Part shown: positions 18,944 through 28,162 of the stretch, in pieces
How positions within the stretch are numbered: position 1 is the stretch's first letter
Layout of the letters: each line of letters begins with the position of its first letter
Source of the DNA: an uncultured Pelagibacteraceae bacterium
GTDB taxonomy: Bacteria; Pseudomonadota; Alphaproteobacteria; Pelagibacterales; Pelagibacteraceae
Direction: 5' to 3'
NCBI GenBank assembly: GCA_902526115.1
Contig: CABZJV010000002.1
Span: 1,271 to 65,270, forward strand
Length of the DNA stretch: 64,000 bases
Position numbers and translations under genes: made by a program
Notes under the pieces: generated by a model
Told to the model about the DNA's origin: nothing
What the model saw: only the letters and a program-made list of their open reading frames with translations
Databases searched by the model: none

Positions 18944-20274
18944 TAGCAGAATTAATTGATCCAGCTATTTTAGGTTTCATTCTTGTAGGGGTAATGCTTT
19001 TTGCAATCTTTGTTGGTTTTCCAATTTCGTTTACATTAATATTTTTAGGTTTCGTTTTTGGGTACCTAGGTTTCGGTAAACTAGTATTCTATTTGATGAC
19101 CCTCCAGTTTTCGATGGTTATGACTGAACAAACCCTCGCCGCAGTCCCGCTCTTTGTGTTTATGGGCATAATGATGGAGCAGGCAGGTTTAATGGAGAGA
19201 CTATTTTCATCATTCCAAATGATGTTAGCAAAAGTAAAAGGATCTTTGTATTATGCAGTATTATTTGTTTCTGTAATTTTTGCTGCTGCAACAGGTATAG
19301 TAGGGGCGTCAGTTACAATTTTAGGAATTATGGCTGCTAAGTCAATGAACAGGTCTGGCTACAATGTTAGATTAGCAGCAGGAACTATTACTGCTGGAGG
19401 TACTTTGGGAATATTAATTCCACCTAGTATTATGCTTGTTGTTATGGGTCCAATTATGGAAATTCCAGTAATAGATTTATTTGCTGCAGCTATAATACCT
19501 GGAATTCTTCTTGCAGGTTTATATGCAGGCTACACAACAATTAGATGTATGATAAATCCAAAATTAGGTCCAGTACTTCCGGAGGAAATGCGAGCTGCAA
19601 GTATGAAAGAAGTTTGGGTTGAGTTTTTCCTCGGATTAGTTCCACCCGCAGCATTAGTTTTTGCTGCATTAGGAAGTATTTTATTTGGATTTGCAACACC
19701 TACAGAAGCTGCAGGTTGTGGTGCGATGGGAGCGTTACTGCTTTCATTAGCCTATAAAAAATTAACTTTATCAAAATTACAAGAGGCTTTAGTCAAAACT
19801 TTAGAAATTACAGCTTTGATAATGGTTTTAGTTGCTGCCTCAAACTTTTTCGGTGCAGTTTTTGCAAGATTAGGTACTCCCACATTATTAACTGAATTTC
19901 TACTAGGTCTAGAAATGAACAAATACTTAATCTTGGGCATGATAATGGTAATGATTTTTCTGTTAGGATGGCCTCTAGAATGGGTGCCAATAGTAATGAT
20001 TATTGTACCCATTATTTTACCTTTGGTTGAGGCTTTAGGTTTTAATTTAACTTGGTTTGCAATATTGGTTGCAGTTAATTTACAAACTGCTTGGCTCTCC
20101 CCACCCGTAGCCCTCTCAGCTTATTTTTTAAAAGGAGTTGTGCCTGAATGGGATTTAAAGGATATTTATTACGGAATGATGCAATTTATGGTACTTCAAG
20201 TTTTTGGTTTAATTTTGATTATCATATTTCCTCAGATTGCCCTTTGGTTGCCAACTCTCTTATATGGACAGTAG
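18940..20274 (+). CDS. TRAP large permease DctM
   Basis: AVPLFVFMG, GTLGILIPPSI, TPTEAA, NLQTAWLSPP. Confidence 0.93.
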   Translation: MIAELIDPAILGFILVGVMLFAIFVGFPISFTLIFLGFVFGYLGFGKLVFYLMTLQFSMVMTEQTLAAVPLFVFMGIMMEQAGLMERLFSSFQMMLAKVKGSLYYAVLFVSVIFAAATGIVGASVTILGIMAAKSMNRSGYNVRLAAGTITAGGTLGILIPPSIMLVVMGPIMEIPVIDLFAAAIIPGILLAGLYAGYTTIRCMINPKLGPVLPEEMRAASMKEVWVEFFLGLVPPAALVFAALGSILFGFATPTEAAGCGAMGALLLSLAYKKLTLSKLQEALVKTLEITALIMVLVAASNFFGAVFARLGTPTLLTEFLLGLEMNKYLILGMIMVMIFLLGWPLEWVPIVMIIVPIILPLVEALGFNLTWFAILVAVNLQTAWLSPPVALSAYFLKGVVPEWDLKDIYYGMMQFMVLQVFGLILIIIFPQIALWLPTLLYGQ

Positions 20275-20299
20275 ATTTTATTAGTTTAAAATAAATCTA

Positions 20300-21757
20300 G
20301 TGAATCAACCAAAAGTTAAATATTCTTTATCTAATTGGGATCTGGTAACAGTTAATCCAAACTATAAAAATTGGAACTGGAAAGATTTATTTTGTTTTTG
20401 GGGTGTTAATGTACAAAGCGTAATTGGGTTCTCACTTATTGCGTCTTTGTATATTATTTATAGTCTTAATACCTTTGTTGTATTTTTTGGTACACTCCTA
20501 GGATCATTTTTTGTTTATATATTCTGTAATTTAATCGGAAAACCTTCACAAAAATTTGGGTTACCTTTCGCAGTTCTTTTAAGATCTTCCTTAGGATTTA
20601 ATGGAGCTAAATTATTTGGATTAATAAGAAGTTTAGTAGGTATTTTTCTTTTTGGAATACAAACATATTTTTTATCTAAGATCTTTGGATATCTGATAAG
20701 GATAATGATTTATTCAATAGATAACTCTTTATTAGATCACGAAATTTTTCTTACTTTTTTTTTAGGATTAAATATTATTGATGCAATATCCTTTGGAGTA
20801 GTAATTATATTTCAAACTCTATTATTTAGCATAGGCATTCAAAACAATAAAAAATTAATAAATTATTCTGCAGTTCTTGTTTATGCGGGGATGATTATAT
20901 TTTTTTTAGTTATTTTTTTAAGTGACGTGAAATTGACAACGAATGCATTTTTAAACATTCTTAACCCTGAAGAACTTTTTAACAAAAACAATATCGCGCC
21001 CTTAATAACAGTAGCAGGTACAATTTTTGCTTATTTTTCAATTATTATCGTAAGTTTTGGTGATTTTTCTAGATATGTAAAAAATGAGAGTGAATTAAAT
21101 AAAGGAAATTTAAGTTTGATTTTAAATTTAATTATATTTTCATTTTTTTCTATTTTTATAGTTACAGGTTCAGATTTTTTTTTAAATCAGAAATTTCAAG
21201 GCTTAGAGCAAATATTAACAAATCCAACTGATATAATTGGAAAATTTGACAACTTTCAAATTACAATAATAGTCCTTTTATTTATTATAATCGCATCAGC
21301 ATCTACAAATTTAGTTGCTAACTATATTCCTTCACAGTATTCACTGATCAATTTTGCTCCTAATAAATTAACTTTAAAAAGTGCTAGTTTTATAATTTCA
21401 TTTCTTGGATTATTAATTGGAATTTTTTGGCTAACAGTCTTAAGTCAAATCGGAATTCTATCATTCATAGATACATTTAGTTGTTTTTTTGGACCTATTT
21501 TTGGTGTTGTAATTGCTGATTATTATTTAATTAAAAATGAAAATTTGAGCAATAAAGATCTTTATTCAGTTGAGACTGAAAGTGAGTATTATTATTCAAG
21601 AGGATGGCACTTAAAAGGTGCTTACTCTATATTATTAGGATTTATATTTTCAGCCTCAACCATATGGAATACTAACTTGATGTTTTTACAATCTTACTCA
21701 TGGATTATAGGTGCATTAATTTCTTGGATAACATATTATTTGTTAGCAAAAAAATAG
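20300..21757 (+). CDS. NCS1 family (cytosine/purine/allantoin/thiamine) permease
   Basis: About 12 TMs, GKPSQKFGLPF...RSSLG, DFSRY, TNLVANY, ADYYL. Confidence 0.85.
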   Translation: MNQPKVKYSLSNWDLVTVNPNYKNWNWKDLFCFWGVNVQSVIGFSLIASLYIIYSLNTFVVFFGTLLGSFFVYIFCNLIGKPSQKFGLPFAVLLRSSLGFNGAKLFGLIRSLVGIFLFGIQTYFLSKIFGYLIRIMIYSIDNSLLDHEIFLTFFLGLNIIDAISFGVVIIFQTLLFSIGIQNNKKLINYSAVLVYAGMIIFFLVIFLSDVKLTTNAFLNILNPEELFNKNNIAPLITVAGTIFAYFSIIIVSFGDFSRYVKNESELNKGNLSLILNLIIFSFFSIFIVTGSDFFLNQKFQGLEQILTNPTDIIGKFDNFQITIIVLLFIIIASASTNLVANYIPSQYSLINFAPNKLTLKSASFIISFLGLLIGIFWLTVLSQIGILSFIDTFSCFFGPIFGVVIADYYLIKNENLSNKDLYSVETESEYYYSRGWHLKGAYSILLGFIFSASTIWNTNLMFLQSYSWIIGALISWITYYLLAKK

Positions 21758-21762
21758 TTTCA

Positions 21763-22509
21763 ATGCACAAATTTGATTTTAAAGGTAAGACAGCTATAGT
21801 TACTGGTGGCGCCCAAGGTTTTGGTTTAGATATTGCAAAAAGGTTTCTAGATGGAGGAGCAAAAGTTTTTATTTGGGATATCGATGGAAAATTATTAAAA
21901 TCTGTTTTTGATGAAATTAAAAATCCAAACTTAAACTATAATTTAGTTGATGTATCTAAATATGATGAGGTACAAAAAATTGTTTTAAAAATTCTTGAAA
22001 ATCACAATATAGATATTTTAATTAATAATGCTGGAATAACTGGTCCAACCAGTCCTTTATGGGAATATGATGTTGATTTATGGAATAAGATTGTCCAAAT
22101 TAATTTAATGGGAACATTTAATTGCTGTCGATCAATTGTTCCTAACATGATCAAAAATAACTATGGGAGAATAGTAAACGTTGCTTCCGTAGCCGGTAAA
22201 GACGGTAATGCGAATGCCAGTGCTTATAGTTCTGGTAAAGCTGGAACGATTGGTCTTACAAAAGCTTTAGGAAAAGAATTGGCAGATAAAGATATAGCGG
22301 TGAATGCGGTTACCCCAGCGGGTGCTAAAACAAGAATATTAGATCAAATGAGTAAAGTGCACGTTCAAAGAATGCTTTCTAAGGTTCCAAGAGGTAGATT
22401 TCTCGAAATTCATGAGTTCACATCTTTGGTTTGCTGGCTTTCTTCTGAGGAAAATACTTTTTCAACAGCTGCAGTATTTGATATTAGTGGAGGAAGATCA
22501 ACTTATTAG
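21763..22509 (+). CDS. Short-chain dehydrogenase (FabG-like)
   Basis: TGGAQGFG, NNAGITG, YSSGK, FDISGGRSTY; the likely start is the ATG at 21763. Confidence 0.88.
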   Translation: MHKFDFKGKTAIVTGGAQGFGLDIAKRFLDGGAKVFIWDIDGKLLKSVFDEIKNPNLNYNLVDVSKYDEVQKIVLKILENHNIDILINNAGITGPTSPLWEYDVDLWNKIVQINLMGTFNCCRSIVPNMIKNNYGRIVNVASVAGKDGNANASAYSSGKAGTIGLTKALGKELADKDIAVNAVTPAGAKTRILDQMSKVHVQRMLSKVPRGRFLEIHEFTSLVCWLSSEENTFSTAAVFDISGGRSTY

Positions 22510-22515
22510 TTTGTT

Positions 22516-23166
22516 ATGACCAAGTTAGTAATCTCATTTATTTCTATAATATTCTTTTTTCATTTTTCATATGCTGAACAAATAAAAGTATTTGAATTTA
22601 CTGAAAAAGAATTTTCAGAATTAAAAGTAAGAAAAGTAAGAGGAGCAGATAGCAAAACTATTTATACTTTAGGATCAAATAAAAATGGAAATTTTTTAAA
22701 AGCAATTGCTGATAATGCGGCCTCAGGACTAGGTAAAGAAATTAAAATAAATTTAGACAAAACTCCTTTTTTAAATATTACTTGGAAAATCGAACAAGAT
22801 TTAGCTGGGATTAAAGAAGATACAAAAAAAGGACATGACTTTGCAGCACGTGTATTTGCTATAAAAAAAACAGGAGCTACTCCTCTGTCAAATAGAGCAA
22901 TAAATTATGTATTTTCAAGCAATGAAGATGTTGGGTTAAATTGGGCAAGTCCATATACAAAGAAATCAATAGATAATGTTTTATCCACAACTAAGGAACA
23001 TTTAGGCCAATGGGTTAGTGTAAAAGCTAACGTAAAAGAAGATTTCAAAAAACTTCATAATCTAGATGTAAACGAGTTAGATGGTCTTGCAATTATGTCT
23101 GATACAGATAATTCAAAAAAAAAATCAGTTGCTTATTATCAAAATATTTTTTTTTCAAAAGATTGA
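22516..23166 (+). CDS. DUF3047-like exported protein
   Basis: Signal peptide, LNITWKI, GHDFAARV, INYVFSS, AIMSDTDNS. Confidence 0.75.
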   Translation: MTKLVISFISIIFFFHFSYAEQIKVFEFTEKEFSELKVRKVRGADSKTIYTLGSNKNGNFLKAIADNAASGLGKEIKINLDKTPFLNITWKIEQDLAGIKEDTKKGHDFAARVFAIKKTGATPLSNRAINYVFSSNEDVGLNWASPYTKKSIDNVLSTTKEHLGQWVSVKANVKEDFKKLHNLDVNELDGLAIMSDTDNSKKKSVAYYQNIFFSKD

Positions 23167-23174
23167 TTCAAAAA

Positions 23175-23591
23175 ATGAATAAAGTTTTTAATCATAAAGT
23201 TAAAGTATATTATGAAGATACAGATGCCGGTGGTGTAGTATATTATGCAAATTATTTAAAGTATCTTGAAAGAGCCAGAACTGAGGCTTTAGCAAAAATT
23301 GGACTAAGTAATGTTAAGATTAAAAATGATCATAAAGCACTTATTATTGTTAAATCATGTAATATTAATTATAAAAAATCTACATTCTTAGAAGATGAGC
23401 TGAATATAAAATCTCATATAATTTCAATTACAAAAACATCATTTGTAATGAGCCAAACTATTATTAAGAAAAACGTTGTAATAGTTGAGTCCAATATACA
23501 TTTAGTTTTCGTAAGTGAAAAGATGAAACCTATAAAAATTCCTAAATTAATTCTTGATAAGTTTAAACCTTATACTTCTAATCTTAAATAG
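23175..23591 (+). CDS. ybgC: YbgC/FadM family acyl-CoA thioesterase
   Basis: VYYEDTDAGGVVYYANYLKYLERARTE; the start is either TTG 23163 or ATG 23175. Confidence 0.85.
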   Translation: MNKVFNHKVKVYYEDTDAGGVVYYANYLKYLERARTEALAKIGLSNVKIKNDHKALIIVKSCNINYKKSTFLEDELNIKSHIISITKTSFVMSQTIIKKNVVIVESNIHLVFVSEKMKPIKIPKLILDKFKPYTSNLK

Positions 23592-24264
23592 CAGATAATT
23601 TTTTTGCTTTTTTAAAAAGCTTCAACATCATTGCTTCTGAAATAATCTTTGTATTTACATTTCTAGGACTTGGATGATAACAGGATATTAACTTAACATT
23701 ATTTGGCAATAGATAAATTTTATCATGTTCAAATTTTGGTTTTCTATGAAATTTGTAATTTTTTTTATAAAATTTTATACAATTATCAAATGCAACTTTA
23801 CCAAGAGTAACTATAGTATTTAAATTTTTTAAATTTGAAATTTCAGATTTAAAATATTCTGAACAATTATTTAACTCCTCTATCATTGGTTTATCCCCAG
23901 GAGGCACACATTTAAGAATATTGGTGACATAGGTAGATTTTAATTTTAGACCGTCTTGTAAGTTTAAAGAATAAGGTAGATTAGATATTTTTGTTTTAAA
24001 TAAACATTTAAATAAAAAATCGCTAGATTTATCTCCTGTGAAAGGTCTACCTGTTCTTGTCCCTCCATGTGCAGCGGGTGCTAAGCCTAAAATAAGTAAT
24101 TTAGCATTTTTATCACCAAAACCAGTTACAGGTTTACCCCAATAAGTTTCATTGATATTTTGCTTTCTTTTTTCACTAGAAATTTTTTTAATATAATTAA
24201 TTAATCTTGGACATTTTTTACAATTAACAATTGTTTTATTTAGTTTTTTAAATTTAATGCTCAT
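23584..24264 (-). CDS. Uracil-DNA glycosylase, family 5 (4Fe-4S)
   Basis: CKKCPRL, GLAPAAHGGTRTGRPFTGD, KCVPP, YHPSPRNVNT. Confidence 0.88.
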   Translation of the reverse strand: MSIKFKKLNKTIVNCKKCPRLINYIKKISSEKRKQNINETYWGKPVTGFGDKNAKLLILGLAPAAHGGTRTGRPFTGDKSSDFLFKCLFKTKISNLPYSLNLQDGLKLKSTYVTNILKCVPPGDKPMIEELNNCSEYFKSEISNLKNLNTIVTLGKVAFDNCIKFYKKNYKFHRKPKFEHDKIYLLPNNVKLISCYHPSPRNVNTKIISEAMMLKLFKKAKKLSAI

Positions 24265-24266
24265 TA

Positions 24267-24824
24267 ATGAAGTTTTTAAAAATATTTTTAATTATATTTA
24301 TATCTATAAATACATCACTTAAAGCAGATTCAAAAAATAATTTAATTCAAAATATAAAACAGGGAGGTAAATTAATCTTTATAAGACACGCATATGCCCC
24401 AGGTGGTGGTGATCCAGAAAATTTTAACTTATATGATTGTGCAACACAAAGAAACCTTAGTAAAAGTGGACAAATTCAGGCAACGAAAATTGGAAATTTT
24501 TTTAAAGAAAATCAGATTGAGATCAAAAAAATATACTCAAGTGAGTGGTGCAGATGTAAAGAGACTGCATCTATAGCTTTTCAAAATTTTGAAACAAAAA
24601 GTTTCCTTAACTCGTTTTTTAGTTCAAAATTTGCACATAATAGACAAAAACAAGTTATTGAATTTGAAAAATTTTTAAAAAATTGGGATCAAAAAAAAAA
24701 TTTAATTTTTGTAACTCACTACGTTGTAATTTCTGAAATTTTAGATTATGCGCCTGCATCAGGAGAAATAGTAATTTCTAATAAAGATCTTAAAATTGTT
24801 GATACTTTGGAAATAGAGTACTAA
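24267..24824 (+). CDS. Histidine phosphatase family protein with signal peptide
   Basis: IRHA, QRNLS, SSEWCRCKETA, VTH motifs. Confidence 0.82.
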   Translation: MKFLKIFLIIFISINTSLKADSKNNLIQNIKQGGKLIFIRHAYAPGGGDPENFNLYDCATQRNLSKSGQIQATKIGNFFKENQIEIKKIYSSEWCRCKETASIAFQNFETKSFLNSFFSSKFAHNRQKQVIEFEKFLKNWDQKKNLIFVTHYVVISEILDYAPASGEIVISNKDLKIVDTLEIEY

Positions 24825-24832
24825 ATTAAAAT

Positions 24833-24970
24833 ATGTCCTCTAAAAGAGCAATGCGCCAAGCACAAAAGCAGGCATATGCTAAACATAGATCTAATATCAC
24901 TCATAGCAGGTTTAATTTGAAGGAAAAAAATCCAATTAACACAAAAATTAAAAAAAAAGCAAAATCTTAA
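24833..24970 (+). CDS. Small basic protein (45 aa), not in ORF track
   Basis: Hand translation MSSKRAMRQAQKQAYAKHRSNITHSRFNLKEKNPINTKIKKKAKS*; it fills the gap exactly and shares TTAA with the convergent gene. Confidence 0.55.
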   Translation: MSSKRAMRQAQKQAYAKHRSNITHSRFNLKEKNPINTKIKKKAKS

Positions 24971-25398
24971 CTTTGTTGATCAAATTTTTCAATTTTTTTA
25001 CACGTTGATATTTTTGAAATTCCTTCGATATCATTTAATACTGATTTCATAAAAATTTCTGGTTTTTCCTTCACAAATAAAATTTGAGTATAGAACTGGG
25101 GGTAACCATGCTTAAGTGTAAAAATTTTACCATCTTCCTCATAAATATTTCTTACATAAATATTTGATTTTTTTACACTTAGATCTGTTATTCTATATTT
25201 TTGAAATGTTTTTTCATTATAAACATAATTTCTAGTCATAATTAATTCATTTAGATCAAATATGTACTCATTTTTTAAAAATTTATCTTCTTTATGATCA
25301 CATTTACTTAAAACAAATATTTCAGAGGAAACTTTATTAAAACCAAAGATTACAAAATAAATTATTAATAAGATTAGTTGAAAATTATTTTTTCTCAT
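24967..25398 (-). CDS. Hypothetical exported protein (143 aa)
   Basis: N-terminal hydrophobic segment; ORF fills the gap. Confidence 0.65.
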   Translation of the reverse strand: MRKNNFQLILLIIYFVIFGFNKVSSEIFVLSKCDHKEDKFLKNEYIFDLNELIMTRNYVYNEKTFQKYRITDLSVKKSNIYVRNIYEEDGKIFTLKHGYPQFYTQILFVKEKPEIFMKSVLNDIEGISKISTCKKIEKFDQQS

Positions 25399-25558
25399 TC
25401 TTGTCAGCGTAAAATAATGCTATTAAAAAAATTATAGTCCAAATAAAAACAGCCATAGTTTTGATAAAAGTGGTGTTCGCGGACCATACCTCAAAAACAA
25501 GGGCACCTAACAAAATTCCTATAGCGTAAATAATGCTAATTATTACAACTTTGCTCAT
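25385..25558 (-). CDS. Small two-TM membrane protein (57 aa), not in ORF track
   Basis: Hand translation MSKVVIISIIYAIGILLGALVFEVWSANTTFIKTMAVFIWTIIFLIALFYADKNEKK*; overlaps the start of the downstream gene. Confidence 0.65.
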   Translation of the reverse strand: MSKVVIISIIYAIGILLGALVFEVWSANTTFIKTMAVFIWTIIFLIALFYADKNEKK

Positions 25559-25565
25559 ATTTAAA

Positions 25566-25814
25566 TTATTTTATCTGATTTTTTTTGATTAATGACATTC
25601 CGTTATTAATCTTATATTCATAAGACTCATTAAAACTTTCAAGTTGCCATCCTGAAAGTCTTTTTTTTATTGTTTCTATATTATTTATTTTCCAATTATC
25701 TGAAGTGTCTTCTTTCTTCCACAATAGTTTTTCCTCGTTACTTCTTCCACACCCATAACAATATCCAGTTGAAGGATCTGTTTTACAAATGCTTATACAT
25801 GGAGAAATTATCAT
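25566..25814 (-). CDS. DUF1289 family Cys-rich small protein
   Basis: SPCISICK...YCYGCGRS..E...W motif. Confidence 0.82.
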   Translation of the reverse strand: MIISPCISICKTDPSTGYCYGCGRSNEEKLLWKKEDTSDNWKINNIETIKKRLSGWQLESFNESYEYKINNGMSLIKKNQIK

Positions 25815-25871
25815 TTTTTTAAAGTAGTATAAAATTAGTCATATAAATAGATAATTTTTTAACATTTGTCA

Positions 25872-25900
25872 TTGGACAAATAGTTTCAATAATATATAAA
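25872..25900 (+). promoter_or_regulatory. Candidate sigma70 promoter for tRNA-Leu/tig
   Basis: TTGGAC-N17-TATAAA ending 14 nt before the tRNA; overlapped by the inverted repeat ATTTGTC-ATTG-GACAAAT (25864-25881). Confidence 0.45.
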
Positions 25901-25914
25901 ACCTCGTAATTTGT

Positions 25915-25999
25915 GGGGCGATGGCGGAATTGGTAGACGCGTTGGTCTTAGGAACCAATATGGTAACATGTGAAGGTTCGAGTCCTTTTCGCCCTACCA
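25915..25999 (+). tRNA. tRNA-Leu (anticodon TAG)
   Basis: GGGGCGA/TCGCCCT acceptor stem, TTGGT-CTTAGGA-ACCAA anticodon arm, long variable arm, GGTTCGAGTCC, encoded CCA. Confidence 0.96.
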
Positions 26000-26008
26000 C
26001 TAAATATT

Positions 26009-27433
26009 ATGAAAGTTACAATAGAAAATAAAAAGGGTTTAAATAAAGATCTTAAAGTTTTAATCGATAAAGAGACAATGAACTCTTATGTTGATGATAA
26101 GTACGAGGAAATTAAAGGTACTGTAAATCTTAAAGGTTTTAGACCAGGCAAAGTACCAAAAGAAGTGTTAAAAAGACAATTTGGCAAAGCAGTCTTTGGC
26201 GAAGTTTTGGATAAAGTTTTAAAAGAAACATCAACTAAAGCTTTAGAAGAAAATAAAATTAAACCAGCAGGTCAACCTAAACTGGATTTAAAAACATATG
26301 GTGAAGGTAAAGAGCTAGAATATGTATTATCTATTACAGAATTACCAAAAGTCGACACTAAATTATTAGAGGGTATAAAGTTTGATGAATATTCAGTTAA
26401 AATTGATGAACGTGAGACAGATACAAGAATAAAAGAAATAGCTAAAAACCAACCAAATTTTAAAGATACAAAGCCTGAAACAAAAGCTAAAGAAGGTGAT
26501 TTAGTTGCTATAGATTATAAAGCAACAGTAGATGGCAATGAATTTAAGGGAAATGAAGGTAAAAACACTCAATTAACTCTTGGAAAAGATTTATTTCTAA
26601 AAGGCTTTGATAAACAATTAATCGGACTTAAAAAAGATGATGAAAAAATAGTTGAGGCTACTTTACCTGAAAACTTTCCTGAGAAAGAATTAATTAATAA
26701 AAAAGCTTTATTTAATTGTAAAATCTTAAATATAAAACAAGCTGAAGAAGTTAAAATTGACGATGATTTTGCAAAAAATTTAGGCGCGAAAGATCTCAAA
26801 GATCTTAAAAGTTTAATTAGTAAACAAATTAATGATGAGTTTAAAAATTCTTTAGATCAACTATCAAAAAATCAAATTTTAAAAGAGATTGAAAAGATTA
26901 AAATTGAAGAGATTCCTCAAAATCTTATTGAAGAAGAAGTTAAAATTCTTTCTCAAGGAATGCCTGAAGAAGAGAAAAGAAAAAATAAAAAAAGTTTTGA
27001 GAAAAAAGCTAAGATTAGGATAAAGACTGGATTGATTTTAAATGAATTTGGAGAAAAAAATCAAATTAAAGTTAATGAAACAGAAATTCAAAATGAAGTT
27101 CAAAAACAACTTAGAATGATGCCAGGACAAGAAAAAATGGTGATGGACTTTTATCAAAAAAACCCCTCAGCAGTAGCTAGCTTAAGAGGTACAGTTTACG
27201 AAGAAAAAATCTTAAATTTGATTAAAGAAAAAGGCAAACCAAATAAAAAAGATATTTCAAAATCTGAGGCAGAAAAAATTTTAAAAGAAGCTCATAATCA
27301 TGATCATGAAAATGAAAAAAAAGATACTAAGAAAAAATCTGACCTAAAAACTGCCACTAAAAAAAAACCTTCAACAAAAACAGCAAAATCAAAGCCAGTA
27401 GCAAAAAAAACAAAAAAAGTTAGCAAAAAGTAA
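26009..27433 (+). CDS. tig: Trigger factor
   Basis: GFRPGKVP ribosome-binding motif and FKBP domain. True start is ATG 26009 (the track start at 25970 lies inside the tRNA). Confidence 0.95.
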   Translation: MKVTIENKKGLNKDLKVLIDKETMNSYVDDKYEEIKGTVNLKGFRPGKVPKEVLKRQFGKAVFGEVLDKVLKETSTKALEENKIKPAGQPKLDLKTYGEGKELEYVLSITELPKVDTKLLEGIKFDEYSVKIDERETDTRIKEIAKNQPNFKDTKPETKAKEGDLVAIDYKATVDGNEFKGNEGKNTQLTLGKDLFLKGFDKQLIGLKKDDEKIVEATLPENFPEKELINKKALFNCKILNIKQAEEVKIDDDFAKNLGAKDLKDLKSLISKQINDEFKNSLDQLSKNQILKEIEKIKIEEIPQNLIEEEVKILSQGMPEEEKRKNKKSFEKKAKIRIKTGLILNEFGEKNQIKVNETEIQNEVQKQLRMMPGQEKMVMDFYQKNPSAVASLRGTVYEEKILNLIKEKGKPNKKDISKSEAEKILKEAHNHDHENEKKDTKKKSDLKTATKKKPSTKTAKSKPVAKKTKKVSKK

Positions 27434-27465
27434 TCTCAAGTTGTATAAGGGATATCGAATCAATT

Positions 27466-28077
27466 ATGACATCAAAATTATTTGAACATATGAGCAGTTT
27501 AGTCCCGATGGTAGTTGAACAATCCAGTAGGGGCGAAAGAGCTTATGATATTTATTCAAGATTACTAAAAGAAAGGATAATTTTTTTAACAGGTCAAATA
27601 AATGATAATGTTGCATCACTTGTTACTGCTCAATTATTATTTTTAGAGGCTGAAGATCCTAAGAAGGAAATTTATTTTTATATTAATAGTCCTGGTGGAT
27701 TGGTAACTGCAGGTCTAGGAATTTATGATACAATGCGATATGTAAAACCTGATATCTCTACCTTATGTATAGGGCAAGCTGCATCAATGGGCTCATTTTT
27801 ATTAGCAGCTGGAACAAAAGGAAAAAGATATTCTCTACCAAATTCCAGAATCATGGTACATCAACCATCTGCTGGATTTCAAGGTCAAGCAACTGACATA
27901 GAAATACATGCCAATGAAGTTTTATCATTAAAAAAAAGATTAAATGAAATTTATTCAAAACACACGGGCAAAAGTGTTGATGAAGTAAAAAGTGCTTTAG
28001 AAAGAGATAATTTTATGACTGCAGATGTCGCAAAATCATTTGGTCTCATTGACGAAGTAGTAGAAAAAAGATCTTAA
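27466..28077 (+). CDS. clpP: ATP-dependent Clp protease proteolytic subunit
   Basis: [32 protein letters not shown]. Confidence 0.98.
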   Translation: MTSKLFEHMSSLVPMVVEQSSRGERAYDIYSRLLKERIIFLTGQINDNVASLVTAQLLFLEAEDPKKEIYFYINSPGGLVTAGLGIYDTMRYVKPDISTLCIGQAASMGSFLLAAGTKGKRYSLPNSRIMVHQPSAGFQGQATDIEIHANEVLSLKKRLNEIYSKHTGKSVDEVKSALERDNFMTADVAKSFGLIDEVVEKRS

Positions 28078-28162
28078 TACACCATATATTGAATTATAAT
28101 ATGCTGACTTGAAAAGTAGGAGTCTTCTATAATAGAGTAGCATAATTGATTCGTTAAAAAAT

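Noticed and set aside
25970-26008. N-terminal extension of trigger factor in the ORF track
   Set aside because: It overlaps tRNA-Leu; ATG 26009 gives a normal Tig N-terminus.
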